A DNA stretch of 64,000 nucleotides from an uncultured Planctomycetales bacterium (lineage in GTDB: Bacteria > Planctomycetota > Planctomycetia > Pirellulales > S012-138): the NCBI GenBank assembly GCA_937927735.1, contig CALBRZ010000002.1:37800-101799 (forward strand), in the 5' to 3' direction. Every line of letters starts with the position of its first letter. Position 1 is the stretch's first letter. Under the pieces are notes generated by a model. That model made no database searches. It was not told the origin of the DNA and saw nothing but the letters and a program-made list of their open reading frames with translations. Shown piece by piece: positions 35,797 through 43,114 of the stretch. The position numbers and the translations under genes are program-made.

Positions 35797-37287
35797 ATGA
35801 ACGAAGCATTCCGACCGCCGGCGGGCGGGGACACGATCGAGTTCCGCTGCCATCAGTGCGGCAAGCTGCTCCGCTCGGGCGGGGCGTTCGCCGGCAAGCA
35901 ATCCAAGTGCCCCAACTGCGGCGCGATGGTCGATATTCCCGCCGCCGATGCCGGGCAGCCGCCTGGGCCGCCTTCGGGGCCGATGCCCGATCAACCGGTG
36001 CCAGGCATGCTGCAAGGGACGCCCGGCTATGCGCAGCCCTGGGGGCAGACACCACAGCCCAGTCCGGTGGAGCAGGGCGGATACGGCCAGGGCCCCTGGG
36101 CCAACCCGGTGGGGCCTGCTGCTGCGCCTCCGCCTGTCCCTCCGCAGACGCCACCACAAGTGCCGCCGCCCACGTCCGGTGCGTACCCCGGCGGAGCGTA
36201 TCAACAGCCGTATCCCGGCCCGGTTCAAGGCACGCCTGTCGGCATGCCCCTGGGCACACCTGTGGCCGCGGCCCCGCAGCAACGTTTTGACCGATTGCCC
36301 AAGATTTCGACTCATAGCCCCGGTGGCGGCCGCGAAACGCCGATTCGCCGGGTCTTCGAGCGGATCATGGCCCAGGTCCGCAAGATCTACGTCGGCCAGG
36401 ATGAGCTGGTGTTGGGCAGCCTGGTGGCGCTGTTCTCCGGCGGTCACGTGCTGATCGAGAGCTTCCCCGGCCTGGGCAAGACGCTCTTTGTGCGCACGCT
36501 GGGTCAGGTGCTGGGCTGCAAGTTTGGCCGCATTCAATTCACGGCCGACTTGATGCCTTCAGACATTACCGGCTCGCCGCTGTTTGACATGAAGACGCAG
36601 GAGTTCCGGTTCCGGCCGGGCCCGGTGTTCACGCAACTGCTGCTGGCCGACGAGATCAACCGCTCGCCGGCCAAGGCCCATGCCGCGCTTTTGGAAATCA
36701 TGCAGGAGCGGAACGTCACCGTCGATGGCGTCACGCACAAGCTCGAACGGCCGTTCCTGGTACTGGCCACGCAAAACCCGATCGAGTCGGAAGGCACCTA
36801 CAACCTGCCCGAGGCTCAACTCGACCGCTTCATGTTCAAGCTGATCGTGGAGTATCCGCACGAGCAGGAAGAAGCCGAGATCCTGCGGATGCACAGCCAG
36901 CAGGTGGACGTGGAGCGGCGGTTCCGCGAGGAACTGGAGACGGTCACGTCGCCTGAGGAGATCGTCCAACTGACCGAGGAGTGCGGCAAGGTTCGCGTCG
37001 ACGACAAGCTGGTCGACTACATCAACAAGCTGGTCCGGCTCACGCGGCAGTGGCCGCAGTTCTACATGGGCGCTTCGCCCCGGGCGGGTATTACGCTCAT
37101 GCAGGGGGCGCGCACGTTGGCGGCGTTCCGGGGACGCGATTACGCCGTGCCCGACGACGTGGTGGAACTGGCCCTGCCGGCGCTGCGGCACCGCGTGGTG
37201 CTGACGGCCGAGGCCGAGGTGGAAGGCCGCCAGGTGGACGAAGTGCTCACGCAAATGATCCGCACCGTGGAGGTTCCCCGGCTTTGA
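35797..37287 (+). CDS. MoxR-family AAA+ ATPase with an N-terminal zinc ribbon and a Pro/Gln/Gly-rich linker
   Basis: AGGGAGAG lies upstream of ATG 35797. Zinc ribbon CHQCGK-x16-CPNCG. Low-complexity residues about 49-162. MoxR core IYVGQDELVLGSLVALFSGGHVLIESFPGLGKT (Walker A), LLADEINRSPAK (Walker B), ATQNPIESEGTYNLPEAQLDRF. Confidence 0.9.
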   Translation: MNEAFRPPAGGDTIEFRCHQCGKLLRSGGAFAGKQSKCPNCGAMVDIPAADAGQPPGPPSGPMPDQPVPGMLQGTPGYAQPWGQTPQPSPVEQGGYGQGPWANPVGPAAAPPPVPPQTPPQVPPPTSGAYPGGAYQQPYPGPVQGTPVGMPLGTPVAAAPQQRFDRLPKISTHSPGGGRETPIRRVFERIMAQVRKIYVGQDELVLGSLVALFSGGHVLIESFPGLGKTLFVRTLGQVLGCKFGRIQFTADLMPSDITGSPLFDMKTQEFRFRPGPVFTQLLLADEINRSPAKAHAALLEIMQERNVTVDGVTHKLERPFLVLATQNPIESEGTYNLPEAQLDRFMFKLIVEYPHEQEEAEILRMHSQQVDVERRFREELETVTSPEEIVQLTEECGKVRVDDKLVDYINKLVRLTRQWPQFYMGASPRAGITLMQGARTLAAFRGRDYAVPDDVVELALPALRHRVVLTAEAEVEGRQVDEVLTQMIRTVEVPRL

Positions 37288-38708
37288 TCACGCTGGCCCT
37301 GCTGCTCGTGCCGCCGCTGGCCGCGCTGATCGCGCTGGCCAGGCTGGGGCGGATCTATCCCACGCGGCTCCTGGCGGGGCTGGCGGCGCTGCCCATTGTG
37401 CTCAGCGTGCCGGGGATCTTCTGGGAGTCGCTCCATCGGCCGCTGATCCAACTGCGGCTGGGCGGCTGGGAACTGGAGGTCGGCGCGGTGCTGCTGGTCG
37501 GGCTGGCCGTGGCCGCGCTGGCGGCCGTCGATGCCTTCTCGCTGCCCAAGCGCGACACGTTTTCGGCCGAGCGGCAGATGGGCCGCGTGGCCTCGCTCAA
37601 GCAGAAACACGACGTCGAGCTGACGCTGCTCAACCATTCCAGCCGCGACTGGACGGTCAACGTCCGCGACGGCGTGCCGCCCGACCTGCATCCCACGCCG
37701 CAACAGTTCGCGCTGCGGGTGCCTGCCCGCAGCCGGGCCACCAAACGTTATCAGCTCCGCAGCACGCGCCGCGGGGCGTTTGAACTGACGCAGGTTTTTC
37801 TGCGGGCGGTGAGCCGGCTACGGCTCTGGCAGCGGCTGCTGTCCTATCCGGTGAAAAACACGCTGCACGTGTACCCGGACATGAAGCAGCTCTCGGAGTA
37901 CGCCGTGCTGGCGCGGCTCAACCGGCTGAACCTGCTGGGCGTACGGCGCACTCGGCGGATCGGGCAGGACAACGAGTTTGAACGTCTGCGCGATTACATC
38001 GTGGGCGACAATTACAAGCACATCGACTGGCGCACCACGTCACGTCGCCGCAAGCTCACGGTGAAGGAGTTCCAGCGGAACCAAAGCCAGACGCTGGTCT
38101 TCATGGTCGATTGCGGCCGCATGATGACCAACCAGGCCGAGAACCTGTCGCTGCTCGATCATGCCTTCAACGCCATGTTGATGCTCTCGTACGTGGCGCT
38201 CAGTCACGGCGACGCGGTGGGCCTGATCTGCTTCTCCGACGAGATCCATACCTACGTGCCGCCCAAGGCGGGCCGCAGCCAGATGAACCGGCTGCTGCAC
38301 GCCTCGTTCGACCGGTTCCCGCGGCTGGTCGAGTCGCGCTACGACCAGGCGTTCTTGTATCTCAACGCCCATTGCCGCAAACGCTCGCTGGTGATCTTCA
38401 TCTCCAACGTGATCGACGAGGTGAACTCGCACCAGATCCAGCGGTACCTGGCCAACATGGTCGGACGGCATTTGCCGCTGGCGGCGCTGCTCCGCGACCG
38501 CAGCTTGTTCAAGGCGGTCGACGAGCCTGCGCCCTCGGGCGAAGCGCTATATCGCGCGGCGGCCGCGGCCGACATTCTCATCTGGCGGCACCAGGTGTTG
38601 GCCGATCTGCAGGCGCGGGGCGTGCTTTCGGTAGATACCTTCCCCGAGGATCTGACCGCGCCCTTGATCAATCGCTACCTGGATGTGAAAGCGCGTCATC
38701 TGCTGTGA
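37284..38708 (+). CDS. DUF58 domain protein with N-terminal TM helices
   Basis: TTG start overlaps the moxR stop (TTGA at 37284-37287). Hallmark GQDNEFERLRDYIVGDNYKHIDWRTTSRRRKLTVKEFQ, and a VWA-like degenerate fold region LVFMVDCGRMM. Confidence 0.9.
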   Translation: MITLALLLVPPLAALIALARLGRIYPTRLLAGLAALPIVLSVPGIFWESLHRPLIQLRLGGWELEVGAVLLVGLAVAALAAVDAFSLPKRDTFSAERQMGRVASLKQKHDVELTLLNHSSRDWTVNVRDGVPPDLHPTPQQFALRVPARSRATKRYQLRSTRRGAFELTQVFLRAVSRLRLWQRLLSYPVKNTLHVYPDMKQLSEYAVLARLNRLNLLGVRRTRRIGQDNEFERLRDYIVGDNYKHIDWRTTSRRRKLTVKEFQRNQSQTLVFMVDCGRMMTNQAENLSLLDHAFNAMLMLSYVALSHGDAVGLICFSDEIHTYVPPKAGRSQMNRLLHASFDRFPRLVESRYDQAFLYLNAHCRKRSLVIFISNVIDEVNSHQIQRYLANMVGRHLPLAALLRDRSLFKAVDEPAPSGEALYRAAAAADILIWRHQVLADLQARGVLSVDTFPEDLTAPLINRYLDVKARHLL

Positions 38709-39345
38709 GCGGCGTCACCCGGCCGCCGTCCACTCGTAGTACCTGCGCAGCCAGGCGGCGCACTTGCGCCAGATGGTGTGTCACCAGCAGCGTCGGCAGC
38801 GGATACTCGGCCAGCACGCGTTCCAGGTAGGTGATGATCCGGTCTTGCAGCGGCTGATCGAGGGCCGAGAGCGGCTCGTCAAGCAGCAACAGCTCCGGGC
38901 CTCGCAGCAGTGCCCGACCTAACGCCACCCGCTGCCGCTGGCCGCCGCTGAGCGTGTGCGGCTGCCGGGCAAGCAGGTCGTCGATCTCGAGCATCTCGAC
39001 CACGCGGTCAAAGCTCAGATGCCCCGAGCCACACCAGCGCGTGCCGTATTGCAGGTTTTGCCGCACGCTCAGGTGAGGGAACAGGCACAGGTCCTGAAAC
39101 ACCATGCCGATGCCGCGTTGCTCGGGCTTCACGTGGATACTTCGCTCGGTATCGCACAAGACGCGGTCGCCCAGGCGGATGAACGCCTGACGCGGCCGTA
39201 GCAGCCCCGCCAGAATCGACAGAATGGTGGTCTTGCCGCTGCCCGAGGGACCTACCAGCGCGGTGACTCCGCCGGGCACGGTGAACTGGGCCCGGAGTTG
39301 AAAACCGGTCGGGTAATCGTGCTGGCAATCGAAGCTGAGTACCAT
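38668..39345 (-). CDS. modC: molybdate ABC transporter ATP-binding protein (short form, no TOBE domain)
   Basis: Walker A GPSGSGKTT, LSGGQRQRVALGRALL, LLLLDEPLSALD. Last gene of the modA-modB-modC run. Confidence 0.8.
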   Translation of the reverse strand: MVLSFDCQHDYPTGFQLRAQFTVPGGVTALVGPSGSGKTTILSILAGLLRPRQAFIRLGDRVLCDTERSIHVKPEQRGIGMVFQDLCLFPHLSVRQNLQYGTRWCGSGHLSFDRVVEMLEIDDLLARQPHTLSGGQRQRVALGRALLRGPELLLLDEPLSALDQPLQDRIITYLERVLAEYPLPTLLVTHHLAQVRRLAAQVLRVDGGRVTPLTADDALSHPGSD

Positions 39346-39360
39346 GGTGCGGCCCGCCGG

Positions 39361-40056
39361 TCAGTCGTGGATGGTGCCCAGTCGAGCGCGGCCGCGGCGC
39401 TCCAGATACTCGCCCACCGCCAGCGCGCTGGCGGCCAGAGCGATGGAAACGATCACAATCCCCCGGGCTTGCTCCAAGCCGCCGGGCGTTTCCAATTCGC
39501 TGTACACCAGCAGCGGAATGGTTTGCGTCACGCCGGGGATGTTGCCGGCGATCATGATCGTGGCGCCGAACTCGCCCAGGCTGCGGGCGAACGCCAGCAC
39601 CACGCCGGCCACGATACCGTGGCTGGCCAGTGGCAGCGTCACCGTGCGGAAGGCGTTCCACCGCGAGGCTCCCAGCGTGCGTGCTGCCTGCACCAGCCGC
39701 GGATCCACGCCGCTGAACGCCAGGCGGATCGAGCGAACCATCAGCGGAAAGGCCGACACCGCCGCGGCTAGAGCCGCACCCTTCCAGTCGAACACCAGAC
39801 GTAAGCCCAACCAGCGTTCCAGCGGTTCGCCCAGCCAGCCGTGCCGTCCGAACAGCACCAACAGCAGGTAGCCGGTCACCACCGGCGGCAACACCAGCGG
39901 CAGGTGCAGCAGCGTTTCCACCAGGCTTTTGCCGCGAAATTGTCGCCGCGCGAGCAGCCAGCCCAGCCCGATGCCCAGCGGCAAGCTGGCAGCCACGGCA
40001 ACCGTGGCCACGAGCAGGCTCAGCCGGATGGCATCGAGTTCGGCGGCGGTGAACAT
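39361..40056 (-). CDS. modB: molybdate ABC transporter permease
   Basis: MFTAAELDAIRLSLLVATVAVAASLPLGIGLGWLLARRQFRGKSLVETLLHLPLVLPPVVTGYLLL and ARTLGASRWNAFRTVTLPLA (EAA loop) match the ModB/CysTW type. Confidence 0.9.
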   Translation of the reverse strand: MFTAAELDAIRLSLLVATVAVAASLPLGIGLGWLLARRQFRGKSLVETLLHLPLVLPPVVTGYLLLVLFGRHGWLGEPLERWLGLRLVFDWKGAALAAAVSAFPLMVRSIRLAFSGVDPRLVQAARTLGASRWNAFRTVTLPLASHGIVAGVVLAFARSLGEFGATIMIAGNIPGVTQTIPLLVYSELETPGGLEQARGIVIVSIALAASALAVGEYLERRGRARLGTIHD

Positions 40057-40062
40057 CGCGGT

Positions 40063-40896
40063 TCAATCGTGGGCAGCGTTGGTCGATGGTGGTGCCGGCT
40101 CGAAACCGTGCCGGCGAAAGACGGCGGCCGCTTCGTCGGAGGTCAGGTAGTCGTACAATTGCCGCGCGGCAAGCCGCGCCGGCTTGCGATCGATCAGCAC
40201 CAGCGGATAGCGAATCGGTTCGTGTGTGCTGACATCGAGCGTGGCAACCGTTTCTACGGCGTCGGAGCTAAGCGCATCGGTGGCGTAGACGATCGCCGCC
40301 TCGGCTTCGCCGCGTTCGACGTACGTCAGGGCGATGCGTACGTCCTGCCCTCGCACGATCTTCTTCTGCTGGACCAAGGGTTGCATAAGGCCGGCGGCTT
40401 CCAACGCTTCGCCGGCGTACATACCGGCCGGAACCTGCTCGCCGGCCAGAGCCACAAACCGCACGCGGTCGCTCAGGAGGTCTTCCAGGCTGCGGACGCC
40501 GGCCGGGTTGCCACGCGGTACGACCAGCACCAGGCGGTTCTGTAGCAGCGTCTTGCGATCGGCGGCCAGGTTGGCCTGCGAAATCGCATCGGCCCAGTGC
40601 TCGCTGGCCGAGAGATACAAGTCCGCCGGCGCACCCGCCAGAATCTGTTGTGCCAGCGCATTGGATGGCCCGGCGGCGAGCCGTACGGTAAGGCCGGTGG
40701 CGCTGCGAAAACCTTGCACAGCTTCGTCCACGGCGTCGCGTGTGCTGGCGGCCACCAGTATCGTGAGCGGTTCCGCCGTTTCACCACCGGTTGCGTTCCC
40801 CTCGGTGGTCGATGCGCTGGCGCCGCAGCCGGCAGCTATGAGCGCCGACAGCGTGAGGATCACGCCTGCGAACCGAGGACATGAGAGGAACATCAT
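40063..40896 (-). CDS. modA: molybdate-binding periplasmic lipoprotein
   Basis: Lipobox LIAAGC. LTILVAASTRDAVDEAVQGFRSATGLTVRLAAGPSNALAQQILAGAPADLYLSAS matches the ModA pattern. Confidence 0.9.
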   Translation of the reverse strand: MMFLSCPRFAGVILTLSALIAAGCGASASTTEGNATGGETAEPLTILVAASTRDAVDEAVQGFRSATGLTVRLAAGPSNALAQQILAGAPADLYLSASEHWADAISQANLAADRKTLLQNRLVLVVPRGNPAGVRSLEDLLSDRVRFVALAGEQVPAGMYAGEALEAAGLMQPLVQQKKIVRGQDVRIALTYVERGEAEAAIVYATDALSSDAVETVATLDVSTHEPIRYPLVLIDRKPARLAARQLYDYLTSDEAAAVFRRHGFEPAPPSTNAAHD

Positions 40897-40941
40897 CGTG
40901 GTGCGCTGCCAAGGTTTCCGGGAAGAGGTTCGGCCGGCACT

Positions 40942-42036
40942 TTAGGTCACGCTGGTGAGCGAGCCGGTTTGCCGGACCTGGTAGCCGGGCATGGCTCCCA
41001 GAAGTTCGCGCCACGCGGGCGAACGCACCAGCTTGACCAAGGCGGTCAGACGCGGATCGCCTTCCAGCGCAGCCGGGTAGCACAGGTCGTAGCTTTCCCA
41101 GCGGATCGGCACAAAGCCCAAGCCCGCTTCTTCACTGACCAGGCGAATGCACACGCCGGCATCGGCCCAGCCGGAGCGAATGGCCGCGGCCACCGTGCGA
41201 TGGTCGGCGGCGATGCGACGCCAGGGGCGAGGACGGCCGAACAGTTCGTCGAGACACTGCCGGGCCCCGGAGCCGGGCTCGCGCGCCACCCAGCGGAGCC
41301 TGGCACGCACCAGCGCGTGTAATCGGGGCGGCTTGGTATGCGGGCTGAGGGCGACTCCTTGTTCCCAGTCGGCCAGTCGCAGCAGATGAAAGCCGGGACC
41401 CAGCGCTTGCAACACGGCTCGTTCGTTGCCGGTGCTCTCGGCCGGACCCAAATGAACGCCAGCCACGTGCACCCGGCCCGCCTTAAGCAGCTCGAGTGCC
41501 TGGTGACTGGAGCGGGCCAGCGCAATCATGCGAAACGGTGTTTGCCGCTGGTACTCGGCGGCCAGAAGCGATGCCGCCGGATCGCAACCGGCAAGGACCA
41601 ACGTGGCGCTGGCCGTGTGCTGAGCCGTGGGGGTAGGTTGCCAGCCCGGCGGGCCCGAACCGCCAGGAGCGGCCGGGGCGAGGCCGTCGTGTGCCACCAG
41701 ACCTTGGCAGGTGGTTTCGGCCGGATAGAGCCACTGTTGCCCTGCCACTTCGGCCAACCAATAGCGGCAGGCCTGTTGTGCGGAGTGCGGGGAACTTGGT
41801 TCCCAGGCCCAGCGGGCAGAAGGCGTGTCGGCCGCGGCTGGTTCGAACAACTCCTCGACCGTGCAGCCCAGGACGCGCGCCAGGGCTAGGGCCGCCGCGA
41901 CGCTAGGCACCAGGCGACCGCCTTCAATGGCGCTGACCGCCGTGCGCGAAATGCCGGCGCGAGCGGCCAGTTCACCCTGCGACCAGCCTTGCGCCTGGCG
42001 AAATTGACGAACCCGATTGTGCGCGCTGTGTGTCAT
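40942..42036 (-). CDS. XRE-family HTH regulator fused to a periplasmic-binding-protein-like (PBP, molybdate/anion-binding type) domain
   Basis: N-terminal HTH VRQFRQAQGWSQGELAARAGISRTAVSAIEGGRLVPSVAAALALARVLGCTVEELF and a C-terminal PBP-like domain. Lies 45 nt upstream of modA on the same strand. Confidence 0.8.
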   Translation of the reverse strand: MTHSAHNRVRQFRQAQGWSQGELAARAGISRTAVSAIEGGRLVPSVAAALALARVLGCTVEELFEPAAADTPSARWAWEPSSPHSAQQACRYWLAEVAGQQWLYPAETTCQGLVAHDGLAPAAPGGSGPPGWQPTPTAQHTASATLVLAGCDPAASLLAAEYQRQTPFRMIALARSSHQALELLKAGRVHVAGVHLGPAESTGNERAVLQALGPGFHLLRLADWEQGVALSPHTKPPRLHALVRARLRWVAREPGSGARQCLDELFGRPRPWRRIAADHRTVAAAIRSGWADAGVCIRLVSEEAGLGFVPIRWESYDLCYPAALEGDPRLTALVKLVRSPAWRELLGAMPGYQVRQTGSLTSVT

Positions 42037-42064
42037 GATCCTGCCATGCTAGGTCAGGATCATG
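42034..42064 (-). promoter_or_regulatory. perfect 10-bp inverted repeat overlapping the regulator start codon (candidate operator or translational hairpin)
   Basis: catgatcctg - 11 nt - caggatcatg. The regulator ATG (42036-42034) is inside one arm. Confidence 0.4.
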
Positions 42065-42235
42065 GCTCGGTCAAACGGTTAAAGACCGAAAAACGCCGAG
42101 GGATGGATTCGGTGGATGGGGGTTAGCGCACCGCCGGGATGCGCGGGTCGGGGAGGATGACCGTGCCAACGATAGGAACAACCCGCGGCTTGGACTTTAC
42201 GGCGTTTGAAGAGTTCGCGCCCCGCATAGCGGTTC

Positions 42236-42898
42236 CTACGAGGGCTGCGCGTTACGCCGCTTGGTGACTTCGGCTTCCAGGATCGCTACCACTTCGTCGA
42301 TGGTCAGATCATCGGTGGCGACGATCACCGCGTCGGCAGCCGGTTTCAGCGGCCCGACTTCGCGGCGGCTGTCGCGGGCATCGCGCTGTTGCTGTTGCGA
42401 CAACACTTCTTCAAACGTGATGTCGCTGCCGCGTGCCCGCAGCTCCTCCCAGCGGCGGCGTGCCCGGGTTTCTGGGCTGGCGGTGACAAAGAACTTGCAC
42501 GCCGCGTCGGGGAACACCACGGTGCCCTGGTCGCGGCCTTCGGTGACAATGTCGCGGCCCTCGCCGATCTGCCGTTGCAGGGCGACCATGTGCTCCCGCA
42601 CGCCCGGGTTGTCGGCCGCGTAGCGGGTGAGCGCGGTGATTTCGGGCGTGCGGATCTCGGCGGTGACGTCCTGCCCGTCGACCAGCACGGTGTCGTTGAC
42701 CAGTTCGATCTTGATCCGGCTGGCGACCTCCACAATGGCGGCCGGATCGTTCCAGTCGATGCCGTCGCGGCGCGCGGCCCAAGCCACGCTGCGGTACATG
42801 GCGCCGGTGTCGAGCATGCGAAAGCCCAACCGTTCTGCCAGTCGCCGGGCAACGGTGCTTTTGCCGGCGCCAGCCGGTCCGTCAATGCAAATGATCAT
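42236..42898 (-). CDS. cmk: cytidylate kinase
   Basis: Start at ATG 42898 (MIICIDGPAGAGKSTVARRLAERLGFRMLDTGAMYRSVAWAA), a typical Cmk P-loop and NMP-binding region. Confidence 0.9.
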   Translation of the reverse strand: MIICIDGPAGAGKSTVARRLAERLGFRMLDTGAMYRSVAWAARRDGIDWNDPAAIVEVASRIKIELVNDTVLVDGQDVTAEIRTPEITALTRYAADNPGVREHMVALQRQIGEGRDIVTEGRDQGTVVFPDAACKFFVTASPETRARRRWEELRARGSDITFEEVLSQQQQRDARDSRREVGPLKPAADAVIVATDDLTIDEVVAILEAEVTKRRNAQPS

Positions 42899-43114
42899 CG
42901 CAAGCTCAAACGAATATGGCGCAAGTCGATCGGGACGCAGCGACACGCCCCTTCGGCGCTACCAGGAAACGGAAAGGGCCAGATACCACCACTGACGGCG
43001 GCGCCACGCGGTGGGCCAGCCGCCATTTAACCGGACCGACCGCCTGGCCGACAAGCGGGCAAGGGGCGCGTGGGGCGTGCGGGGCGTGCAAAGGCGCTCG
43101 CACGAACGAGAACG

